The position numbers and the translations under genes were made by a program. 64,000 bases of DNA from a virus (lineage: Duplodnaviria; Caudoviricetes). The notes beneath the pieces were generated by a model that did no database searches, was not told the origin of the DNA, and worked only from the letters and a program-made list of their open reading frames with translations. How positions within the stretch are numbered: position 1 is the first letter of the stretch; every line of letters begins with the position of its first letter. Positions 38,540 to 45,358 of this stretch are shown one piece after another. The stretch is from positions 121,487 to 185,486 of the IMG/VR virus record IMGVR_UViG_3300018089_000001, one strand, 5' to 3'.

Positions 38540-38612
38540 AGCGACCGGCGGGTCTCGAACCCGCCACCCCACGGTTGGGAACCGTGCGTTCTACCGGATG
38601 AACTACGGTCGC
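38540..38612 (-). tRNA. tRNA-Gly(CCC)
   Basis: Loop TTCCCAA. Confidence 0.9.
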
Positions 38613-38617
38613 GTCGG

Positions 38618-38689
38618 AGCAGGAGACGGGACTCGAACCCGCAGTCTTCTGGTTGGAAGCCAGGTGCCCTGCCGTTGGGCCACTCCTGC
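38618..38689 (-). tRNA. tRNA-Gly(TCC)
   Basis: Loop CTTCCAA. Confidence 0.9.
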
Positions 38690-38693
38690 AAAC

Positions 38694-38991
38694 GGTCACG
38701 GGCGAGAGGTGTGCTGTCACGCCAAAGACTCAGACGGAGCTGTGTCGGCCATGGTCCGACTCATCGCCTCGTCGGAGGGCCCACGCCGTTCAAGGCGAGC
38801 GTGGGATCCGATCTGCGCCCTAATCCGCCGTTCCCAGCGGTCTCCGTGGGGACAGGCGCGGTGCCTTGATACGTCCGCGCCCTTCCTTACGCCCGGGTCA
38901 GAAGCCTTATCGCCCTTCGCTGCCGGGACCCCGTCGTCACTCTTTAAAGGATGGCTGCTCTTAGGCCAACCTCCCTATCGCTCTCGTGACC
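38694..38991 (-). ncRNA. ~300-nt RNA mimicking the 23S rRNA L11-binding (H43/H44) domain with a large insertion
   Basis: GGAGGTTGGCCTAAGAGCAGCCATCCTTTAAAGAGT...GCGTGACAGCACAC; ends pair GGTCACG/CGTGACC. Confidence 0.7.
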
Positions 38992-39068
38992 TGGTAGCGC
39001 ATCCGGGTGTCGATCCCGGTTTTCCCGGCTGAGAACCGGGCGTACTAGCCAACGTGTACTAATGCGCC
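38992..39068 (-). tRNA. tRNA-Glu(CTC)
   Basis: Loop TTCTCAG; CCA; T loop starts with A. Confidence 0.8.
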
Positions 39069-39069
39069 G

Positions 39070-39145
39070 TGGCGCCCCGTACGGGAATCGAACCCGTCTT
39101 GACCCGATCGACAATCGGGCGTCCACGCCAGTGGACCTACGAGGC
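39070..39145 (-). tRNA. tRNA-Asp(GTC)
   Basis: Loop TTGTCGA; GCCA end. Confidence 0.85.
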
Positions 39146-39153
39146 ATTCAGAG

Positions 39154-39227
39154 TGGGCCGCCTCGGACTCGAACCGAGAACTGTCTCCTTAAGAGGGAGG
39201 TGCGATGCGCTATTTCACCAGCGACCC
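39154..39227 (-). tRNA. tRNA-Lys(CTT)
   Basis: Loop CTCTTAA. Confidence 0.85.
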
Positions 39228-39333
39228 GAATAGTTCCCGGTCTCTCCCGGGCGTCAAGCCTCATCTGAGCGGTTGGGCTTTCTCCTCTGCACCGCGTGTC
39301 GCCCGGTGTGCTCCGGCGCCGGCCAAGACTGCG

Positions 39334-39415
39334 TGGGAGACCGTGGAATCGAACCACGTCGTGCATGACGACCGCTGATTTACAGTCAGGTGCCTTACCG
39401 GTCGGCCAGTCTCCC
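39334..39415 (-). tRNA. tRNA-Tyr(GTA)
   Basis: Loop CTGTAAA, long V arm. Confidence 0.85.
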
Positions 39416-39522
39416 AATCGATCACCCGGATGGACTGGCATCCCCCGGGATCCCCGATGCTCTCCTGCCAGGGATCACATCGAGCGCCGCGCTCTGCCTT
39501 AAGAGGGCCACGCGGCGTCTAG

Positions 39523-39600
39523 TAGCGGAGCCTTGGAATCGCACCAAGCTATTCCGGGTTATGAGCCCGGCCCTGAATGCACTAGCTCAGGTTGCCCGCA
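39523..39600 (-). tRNA. tRNA-Met(CAT), initiator-like, divergent
   Basis: CCGGG-CTCATAA-CCCGG with 3 G-C pairs; irregular acceptor/T loop. Confidence 0.6.
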
Positions 39601-39720
39601 TAAACTCGGCCGTCTCTCCGGCCTGTCACGACTGTTCCCGGCGTGGACCAACTCACTTGTTCCCCGACCCGTGATCAGCGGGCCGACTGACTATCCGGAG
39701 GCTCGTCGTCTCCTTGGTCG

Positions 39721-39794
39721 AGGTTCCGGAGGGACTCGAACCCCCACTCATCTCGTTAGGACCGAGGTGCCTTGTCCTGTTGGGCTACGGAACC
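39721..39794 (-). tRNA. tRNA-Arg(CCT)
   Basis: Loop GTCCTAA. Confidence 0.85.
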
Positions 39795-39799
39795 GCTTG

Positions 39800-39870
39800 T
39801 ACTCCGGGAGGGACTCGAACCCCCAACTCCCCGCTCATAGGGCGGGAACTCTACGTTGAGTTACCGGAGC
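39800..39870 (-). tRNA. tRNA with anticodon TAT (Ile-AUA?)
   Basis: CCCGC-CCTATGA-GCGGG; good cloverleaf. Confidence 0.65.
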
Positions 39871-39884
39871 ATGTGGCCATCATA

Positions 39885-40049
39885 TCACCTCGGTGGACGG
39901 ACGGAGGTCAAGGCCGCGAGGTTGAAGTTTCCGTCCCCGCTCCGCTTGGCGCGGTCGCCACGTGGCTTCTCGAACTGGCCCAGCCGACGCTTCCACCACA
40001 GGAAGAACGTCTGGGCGCAGTGGAAGCAGGTGCTGTCGCAGTGCTGCAT
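39885..40049 (-). CDS. small Cys/His protein (MQHCDSTCFHC...)
   Basis: AGGAGG SD, 54 aa. Confidence 0.55.
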   Translation of the reverse strand: MQHCDSTCFHCAQTFFLWWKRRLGQFEKPRGDRAKRSGDGNFNLAALTSVRPPR

Positions 40050-40068
40050 CGCGACCTCCTTGTTTTTG

Positions 40069-40140
40069 TCGAGGTGACAGGGATCGAACCTGCGACTCCC
40101 AGGCCCCCAGCCTGGTGCGCTACCGCTGCGCTACACCTCG
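40069..40140 (-). tRNA. tRNA-Pro(GGG)
   Basis: Loop CTGGGGG. Confidence 0.9.
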
Positions 40141-40146
40141 ATATCG

Positions 40147-40230
40147 TGCCAGTGGTGGGACTCGAACCCACACGTCCTCGCGGACACAGCGACCTCAACG
40201 CTGCGCGTCTTCCGACTCCGCCACACCGAC
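40147..40230 (-). tRNA. tRNA-Leu(GAG)
   Basis: Loop TTGAGGT, long V arm. Confidence 0.9.
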
Positions 40231-40296
40231 ATAACTGCTGGAGCTCCCCGCTGCCCGGGACTTGCGCATCGGACGCGCGTTCGACCGATGGCTCCA

Positions 40297-40374
40297 TGGT
40301 CTAGGTGAGAGGGCTCGAACCTCCGAACCTCGCGCTCCCGAAGCGCGCGCTCTACCGAACTGAGCTACACCTAG
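40297..40374 (-). tRNA. tRNA-Pro(CGG)
   Basis: Loop TTCGGGA, CCA. Confidence 0.9.
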
Positions 40375-40569
40375 ATGGCGCCCCGATTTACTGCAGGCCT
40401 CGGGGCCACGGCACACTTGAAGTTGAAATCGACTGCGGGGGCTTTCCACATGTTCCCCGCGATGATTCGTCGGCTAGGGACCGCCGCGAGTGGTCCCCCG
40501 GTCCCCGCGAAGGACCGCCAGGCCTAGAACTTAGTCCTCCCCGGCACGTACTCGGGGACGTCGACTCCG

Positions 40570-40653
40570 TGCCGGTGGGGAGACTCGAACTCCCACGGGG
40601 TTTCCCCCACCACGTTCTGAGCGTGGCGCGTCTTCCGACTCCGCCACACCGGC
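40570..40653 (-). tRNA. tRNA-Leu(CAG)
   Basis: Loop CTCAGAA, long V arm. Confidence 0.9.
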
Positions 40654-40659
40654 ATTCCG

Positions 40660-40726
40660 CGGGCCCACCAGGACTCGAACCCGGCTCAGCGGTTTTGGAG
40701 GCCGCCATCCTCCCTGAGGTGGACCC
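40660..40726 (-). tRNA. tRNA-Trp(CCA)
   Basis: Loop CTCCAAA; short D arm. Confidence 0.75.
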
Positions 40727-40734
40727 AATCGAAG

Positions 40735-40806
40735 TCGGGATGACTGGTGTCGAACCAGCCGCCTCCTGTGCCCAAGACAGGCGTCGCTCCCCGCGACTAC
40801 ATCCCG
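40735..40806 (-). tRNA. tRNA-Pro(TGG)
   Basis: Loop CTTGGGC. Confidence 0.85.
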
Positions 40807-40838
40807 ATGTTGACGGATGGCGTGGTCTTTGCCGGGTT

Positions 40839-40849
40839 ATTGTACCACA
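40839..40849 (-). promoter_or_regulatory. extended -10 promoter (TGTGGTACAAT) inside tRNA array
   Basis: TGn-TACAAT in intergenic gap. Confidence 0.45.
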
Positions 40850-40896
40850 CCTACCGACGCGATCACCTCTCGGCGTCACCGCTCGGTTACCCATCG

Positions 40897-40968
40897 TGCG
40901 GCCTAGTGGGATCGAACCACTGGTCTCCGCCGTGTCGAGGCGGTGCCTTCCCGCTTGGCCAAGGCCGC
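40897..40968 (-). tRNA. tRNA-Val(GAC)
   Basis: Loop TCGACAC. Confidence 0.85.
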
Positions 40969-41014
40969 ATTAGCCCGAAATTTCCAGCCTCGGGACGGGG
41001 CATTCTTCTAGGCG

Positions 41015-41082
41015 TACCCCATAGAGGACTCGAACCTCTCCTCCGTGGTTCGTAGCCACGGGCCTGATCCTTCAGATGGGGC
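41015..41082 (-). tRNA. tRNA-Arg(ACG)
   Basis: Loop CTACGAA; short D arm. Confidence 0.8.
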
Positions 41083-41093
41083 GTGTCGCTCGG

Positions 41094-41161
41094 TGCCTCG
41101 TGGGAGAGTCGAACTCCCTCGTCACCCTTCGGAGGGGCGAGTCTGTTCCGTCAGACGAGGC
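41094..41161 (-). tRNA. tRNA-Arg(CCG)
   Basis: Loop CTCCGAA; short D arm. Confidence 0.8.
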
Positions 41162-41162
41162 G

Positions 41163-41236
41163 TGGTGGGGAGGGATGGGTTTGAACCACCATCCAACGGC
41201 GTTTGGGCCGCCCGTTCTCTCTTGACGTACCTCCCC
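41163..41236 (-). tRNA. atypical tRNA-like gene with 6-nt anticodon loop (CCAAAC)
   Basis: Perfect GGGGAGG/CCTCCCC acceptor + ACCA and T arm; no readable anticodon. Confidence 0.55.
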
Positions 41237-41237
41237 G

Positions 41238-41313
41238 TGGTCGCTGGGCCCAGAGTCGAACTGGGTTCTCCCGCTTTTCAGGCGGGCGCTTGGACCTCCC
41301 AAGCTGCTCAGCG
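41238..41313 (-). tRNA. tRNA-Phe(GAA)
   Basis: Loop CTGAAAA, CCA. Confidence 0.85.
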
Positions 41314-41318
41314 TTCCG

Positions 41319-41392
41319 TGCGTGGTGAGGGAATCGAACCCCCGCGTCGTCTCCGTGTAAAGGAGATGCCTTTCCGACTTGGCCAACCACGC
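41319..41392 (-). tRNA. tRNA-Val(TAC)
   Basis: Loop TTTACAC. Confidence 0.9.
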
Positions 41393-41396
41393 GTCG

Positions 41397-41467
41397 TGCT
41401 TCATAGAGGGGTCGAACCTCTGTGGGTCGCTTATCGGGCGACTCCTCTGCCGTTGAGGTAATGAAGC
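41397..41467 (-). tRNA. tRNA-Ile(GAT)
   Basis: Loop CCGATAA. Confidence 0.85.
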
Positions 41468-41472
41468 ATTCG

Positions 41473-41545
41473 TGGATCCCAGGGGACTCGAACCCCTCGC
41501 CTCCAGCGTGCCACGCTGGCGCTCTCCCGGATGAGCTAGGAACCC
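41473..41545 (-). tRNA. tRNA-Ala(GGC)
   Basis: Loop GTGGCAC; G3:U70. Confidence 0.85.
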
Positions 41546-41657
41546 ATTGATCTCAGAAACTCTGCGTATCGGAGGTAGCGGATCAATCGGCCTCCCTTTC
41601 GGTATGAACGGCCCCGCCACAGCCTCTTCTCCGGATTGTGCCTGCGCTTCTTCATCG

Positions 41658-41729
41658 TGGAGGTGAGGGGAGTCGAACCCCTTACTCGGCCTTGCGAAAG
41701 CCGCGTGTTCCCAATTATACCACACCCCC
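41658..41729 (-). tRNA. tRNA-Ala(CGC)
   Basis: Loop TTCGCAA; G3:U70. Confidence 0.85.
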
Positions 41730-41809
41730 AAAAGGTGGGCCTCGTACGCGGAGGGCCCGGTCCACGGCCCATACGCAACCCGTACCGCGCTCACGGTTGC
41801 ATGGAAAGT

Positions 41810-41961
41810 TGGGACCGCCCGGGCTCGCACCGGGTGCACAGGCGGGTCAGCTACTCCCGCGCCTCGCGAGGTCTCCGCGACGCCGTGTCCGATTCAAAGT
41901 CGGGCGTGCGTCCGTGTTGGCGGGGTCGTCCGGCCTTCCAGCCGTCTCCCGTCTCGGTCCC
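41810..41961 (-). ncRNA. oversized tRNA-like RNA (~150 nt) with Gln TTG-like loop
   Basis: GGGACCG/CGGTCCC-A acceptor, CCCGG-TGCGAGC-CCGGG T-like arm, CCGA-CTTTGAA-TCGG. Confidence 0.5.
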
Positions 41962-41965
41962 GTAA

Positions 41966-42136
41966 TCATCTCTGCCCGTCGTCGATCAGCGAACACGGAC
42001 ACTTGTGTTTCACAGGCAGGATGCACCTACCCTTAGACCTCATGGTCCCATACCGAACCCGAATGAATTCGGGACACCGATTCGGGTCATTCCGCTTCCA
42101 GGGGTTGTCTCCCCATTGCGGAGTGCGTCTCTTCAT
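41966..42136 (-). CDS. small basic hypothetical protein
   Basis: 56-aa ORF between RNA genes. Confidence 0.35.
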   Translation of the reverse strand: MKRRTPQWGDNPWKRNDPNRCPEFIRVRYGTMRSKGRCILPVKHKCPCSLIDDGQR

Positions 42137-42141
42137 CTTCG

Positions 42142-42214
42142 CTCCAGGAGCAGGGCTCGAACCTGCCAACACGTAGGTAACAGCTACGCGGCTAACCAAA
42201 TCGCCTTTCCTGGA
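42142..42214 (-). tRNA. tRNA-Asn(GTT)
   Basis: Loop CTGTTAC; U1-A72, G73. Confidence 0.85.
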
Positions 42215-42218
42215 AAGG

Positions 42219-42291
42219 AGGGCCGTGTAGGGATCGAACCTACGACCAATCGGTTAACAACCGAACGCTCTACTCTCTGAGCTAACGACCC
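42219..42291 (-). tRNA. tRNA with GTT anticodon on a Lys-like body
   Basis: GGGTCGTTAGCTCAG..; loop TTGTTAA. Confidence 0.8.
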
Positions 42292-42297
42292 ATTCGG

Positions 42298-42369
42298 AGC
42301 TGGCGGCGGGACTCGAACTCGCATCGGGCGGTTTACAAGGCCGCCATGTTGCCATTACACCACGCCAGC
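42298..42369 (-). tRNA. tRNA-Thr(TGT)
   Basis: Loop CTTGTAA. Confidence 0.9.
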
Positions 42370-42375
42370 ATGCAG

Positions 42376-42446
42376 TTCAGGGTGAAGGACTCGAACCCTC
42401 ACAGCGGGGGTCAAAGCCCCGCGTCCTGCCGTTAGACGAACCCTGA
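42376..42446 (-). tRNA. tRNA-Gln(TTG)
   Basis: Loop CTTTGAC. Confidence 0.9.
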
Positions 42447-42452
42447 ATGTAG

Positions 42453-42523
42453 TTGAGAGGGTAGGGATCGAACCTACACCCTTCGGGTCAGAACCGAAGA
42501 TCCTTCCACTAGACGACCTCTCA
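42453..42523 (-). tRNA. tRNA-Gln(CTG)
   Basis: Loop TTCTGAC. Confidence 0.9.
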
Positions 42524-43016
42524 ATGATCGCTGGTAAACAATATTCTTGGAGCCGAACGTCGGAGTCTGCGAGTGACAGTTTGGACAAATGATGCGGAGG
42601 TTCTCGCGTCGGTTGTCACGCTTATCTCCGTTGATGTGATCGACCTGCAAGCGAAGCGGAGCGCCATTCCATGTCAATCCCTGTCCGCACTCGCATCGTT
42701 CATCCCGACCGTCATCAACCAGTAGTCGGAGCAGACCACCGCTCTTGAATCTCGTGTCTTTTTGAAAGACACGCTCTCGATATTCTGGAGTCGATCGGTG
42801 CCGTCGCTTCGATGAGCCGTAGTAGGGAACCAACTCGATCCCCAACTCAGACATCCTCATACGGAGAACCGCGTACCCAATTCGACCGTATCCCAAATCA
42901 GACAAGCCGCGAATGACATCGGCAATGTATCCCGATCGATTCGCGAGCTCCCTCAGAGTCTCTTCCGGACAGTTGGCGATTCTTGAAGCTGCACTATTTG
43001 CACGCCGTCGACGCAT
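42474..43016 (-). mobile_element. HNH homing endonuclease
   Basis: CECG..LQVDHINGDKRDNRRENLRIICPNCHSQT; lower GC. Confidence 0.88.
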
Positions 43017-43028
43017 TTTACCATTTAG

Positions 43029-43101
43029 AGCTGCCCACGGGGATCGAACCCGTCGCCTCCCGCTTACGAAACGGGCGCGCCTCCGTTGGCGCATGGACAG
43101 C
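43029..43101 (-). tRNA. tRNA-Thr(CGT)
   Basis: Loop TTCGTAA. Confidence 0.9.
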
Positions 43102-43106
43102 AGTCG

Positions 43107-43181
43107 TAGGCCCCCTCGGACTCGAACCGAGAACTCGCCGGGTAAAAGCCGGGTGCGATTACGCGATTTCGCCAGGGACCC
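43107..43181 (-). tRNA. tRNA-Lys(TTT)
   Basis: Loop CTTTTAC. Confidence 0.85.
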
Positions 43182-43186
43182 ATGAG

Positions 43187-43260
43187 AGCTGGTGATGGGG
43201 ATCGAACCCACATCCTATCGCATACCAAGCGATCGTACTTCCGTCCTGTACTTCACCAGC
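43187..43260 (-). tRNA. tRNA-Thr(GGT)
   Basis: Loop TTGGTAT. Confidence 0.9.
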
Positions 43261-43419
43261 AGAGTCGTCGCGGATAGGGGACTCGAACCCAGCACACCGA
43301 CTTCGTGCCGGCCCCCCACCATGAGAGCTCATGGCCGTGAAGCGGCGCCGCCGCACATGCCACTCGGTGCTGTCCTCCGCGTGCTGGACAGTTTTGCCAC
43401 GTGTCCGGGTGGGGTCTCG

Positions 43420-43491
43420 TGCGGACGGCGGGATTCGAACCCGCAGCATCTGGATTTTGAATCTGGACCGTAGACCTATCTCGTCGTCCGC
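43420..43491 (-). tRNA. atypical tRNA, anticodon CAA, short V arm, mismatched anticodon stem
   Basis: Perfect acceptor and T arms; loop TTCAAAA. Confidence 0.5.
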
Positions 43492-43523
43492 ATGGCGGGC
43501 CTTTTTGAGAGATGCCCAGCTCT

Positions 43524-43598
43524 TGGGGTGATCGACGGGAGTTGAACCCGCTCCCCCAGGGACACAACCTGGGATGCAGCCGTTACACCTCGATCACC
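43524..43598 (-). tRNA. tRNA-His(GTG)
   Basis: G-1:C73, CCA; loop TTGTGTC. Confidence 0.9.
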
Positions 43599-43600
43599 GG

Positions 43601-43670
43601 TGCGCGGGGGTAGTCTTGACCTACCAATTTCCGGATAAAAACCGGACGTGTTGCATTACACCACCCACGC
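43601..43670 (-). tRNA. second tRNA-Lys(TTT)-like, divergent T loop
   Basis: TCCGG-TTTTTAT-CCGGA; T loop GTCAAGA. Confidence 0.65.
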
Positions 43671-43739
43671 TCAGTGGGGCTCGCAACCCCACGTTGCACA
43701 TGATACGATATTCGATTGTCAGGGAACCCGGAAACTATG

Positions 43740-43824
43740 CGGAGCGTTGAGGATTCGAACCCCTGCCCTCTCGGGCCTCCCGGTTTTCGAGGCCGGTGCC
43801 GGCACCCGACCGGCTTAACGCTCC
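43740..43824 (-). tRNA. tRNA-Ser(CGA)
   Basis: Loop CTCGAAA, long V arm. Confidence 0.88.
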
Positions 43825-43841
43825 AATTTTTTGCTATCCTA

Positions 43842-43979
43842 TCACTTCTTCGAAAGCTCGAGGGCCCTCTCTACGATCTCCCGAATCATGTTTCTCGAGT
43901 ACTCTCGGACACCCTCGTCCATTCGATGGACGTCGTACCTCTCCTCGAGTATCCTCTCGACGATTTCCTCTATCGTCAT
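43842..43979 (-). CDS. small acidic helical protein (MTIEEIVERIL...)
   Basis: 45-aa ORF between tRNAs. Confidence 0.5.
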   Translation of the reverse strand: MTIEEIVERILEERYDVHRMDEGVREYSRNMIREIVERALELSKK

Positions 43980-43983
43980 CTCG

Positions 43984-44068
43984 CGGATGGGGTGGGATTC
44001 GAACCCACGGAACCTTTCGGCTCTCCCGGCTTCCAACCGGGTACTATAGACCGCTCTGCCACCCATCC
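43984..44068 (-). tRNA. tRNA-Ser(GGA)
   Basis: Loop TTGGAAG, long V arm. Confidence 0.9.
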
Positions 44069-44073
44069 GAATC

Positions 44074-44574
44074 TCACTTTGCGGAAGAAGCAGGAGTCGA
44101 ACCCAACCCCCTAAGGGGCACCTGACGTTCAAAATCAGTAGCCGGCCTCTCGGCTTTCCTCTTCCATTTCAACTTCTTACTACGATAAGTTTCAGTCTGC
44201 GAGTGACAGTTGGGGCAAAGAAGCTCGAGATTGACTAACCGATGATCCGTGCTGACTCCATTGACATGATTCAATTCGAGTGAGAGTCTCGAACCATTCC
44301 ATTCAGAGAGTCCACACTTTTCGCACCTGTATTGTTTCAGCCCTTCCTTGACCAACCTGATTGAGAGCTTTGCAGTAGCATACTCAGGGTGCCTCCCATT
44401 GAGAATGTCATCGAGCTGCTTCTTTTTCCCCTGGCCACTAGACTTCTTGACTCGGTACAAACCGAACTTAGTAGCGAGATCTCTGAACTGTCGAAAACCG
44501 AGACCGAGCTTTGCTGCGGCCTGTCCCATATTCGCAGTGACAGCGATAGCCTCTTCGAGTTGCTCCCTTGTCAC
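44074..44574 (-). mobile_element. HNH homing endonuclease
   Basis: CEKC..LELNHVNG..NLELLCPNCHSQT; low GC. Confidence 0.88.
44082..44165 (-). tRNA. tRNA-Ser(TGA)
   Basis: Loop TTTGAAC, long V arm. Confidence 0.8.
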
Positions 44575-45116
44575 GCTGACCTTCGCCGGCGTCCCTCCGC
44601 GTGCGGCTTACGCCGCTCCTCCTTGTGCTTCACGGCGTGGTCCGCGGCGTGGGACGCCGCGAAGGCCTCCGGCTTGATGACCGCGTTGAAGCCCTGCCCC
44701 ATGACCAGCCCGACGAGCTCCTCGACGTACTTCGAGGACTTGTGGGCCGGGTCGGTGTTCGCGTCGATGTGGACCGCGCTGACGTTGATCGGGACGTGCG
44801 TCCCCACCTCGGGGTTCGAGGAGAGCTCCATCGCGAGCTCGACCGACCGCCAGACCTCCTTCCAGAGGCGCTCACGCAGGACGTTGACCCGCGGGATCCG
44901 CTCCCGGCAGAAGAAGACGCGTCCGCCCCTCCCAGGGCCGTCGCCCGTGGTCTTGTGGAGGACCACGACGGTGACGTACTCGGTGACGGCCTTGACCTGC
45001 TGGCTGTCGCAGGCGACGATGACCTGGGCGTGTGGGAAGTCACGCAGCTCAAGCTCGATGGCGGACCGGAGGTCCACCTCTTGCCCAGACAGCGTCTTCC
45101 ACTTCTTCTCGATCAC
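44571..45116 (-). CDS. ykuK: RNase H-like YkuK-family protein
   Basis: VACDSQ, GGRVF, LRERLWKEVWRS, HIDAN, IKPEAFAASHAAD; AGGAGG SD. Confidence 0.85.
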   Translation of the reverse strand: MIEKKWKTLSGQEVDLRSAIELELRDFPHAQVIVACDSQQVKAVTEYVTVVVLHKTTGDGPGRGGRVFFCRERIPRVNVLRERLWKEVWRSVELAMELSSNPEVGTHVPINVSAVHIDANTDPAHKSSKYVEELVGLVMGQGFNAVIKPEAFAASHAADHAVKHKEERRKPHAEGRRRRSA

Positions 45117-45322
45117 ATCGTCCTCCTTTTGAGGCCATCCTATCCCGGCTTTGACCCGGGCGGACTCGATGTGGTCGTTCCCGGGCTCTCTAGCTCAATT
45201 CCCCTGCGGGGCGAACGCGCGGCTCTGAAGCACGATGCCGCCGACGGTCCGCTTGGACCAATCGTAGCACTCGTGCCTGGCAGGCGTATTTGAGAGCGAG
45301 AGCATCATCGGGTTACTCTTCT

Positions 45323-45328
45323 ATTATA
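45323..45328 (-). promoter_or_regulatory. -10 element (TATAAT) heading the ykuK/tRNA transcript
   Basis: Perfect TATAAT with upstream A-tract in an intergenic gap. Confidence 0.5.
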
Positions 45329-45358
45329 GGCCGGTCGTGTGTAGACGGAAGTCTTTTT

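Noticed and set aside
38694-38991. Genuine 23S rRNA gene or contamination
   Set aside because: Only ~50 nt are rRNA-like, split by an insert and closed by its own stem between tRNAs
40530-40559. Sarcin-ricin loop mimic (AGTACG..GAGGAC)
   Set aside because: No GAGA tetraloop geometry; an alternative CCCCG/CGGGG hairpin dominates
41658-41729. tmRNA (GGGGGTG...CACCTCCA)
   Set aside because: Folds as a complete ~72-nt tRNA-Ala(CGC) with no tag-reading frame
43266-43350. Additional tRNA gene
   Set aside because: Only a T loop and partial 3' end; no convincing acceptor or anticodon, probably a remnant
43420-43491. tRNA-Sec/opal suppressor (TCA)
   Set aside because: Loop register is TT-CAA-AA and it lacks the long Sec arms
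45143-45160. Gln anticodon-like hairpin CCCGG-CTTTGAC-CCGGG
   Set aside because: On the strand opposite local transcription; likely chance
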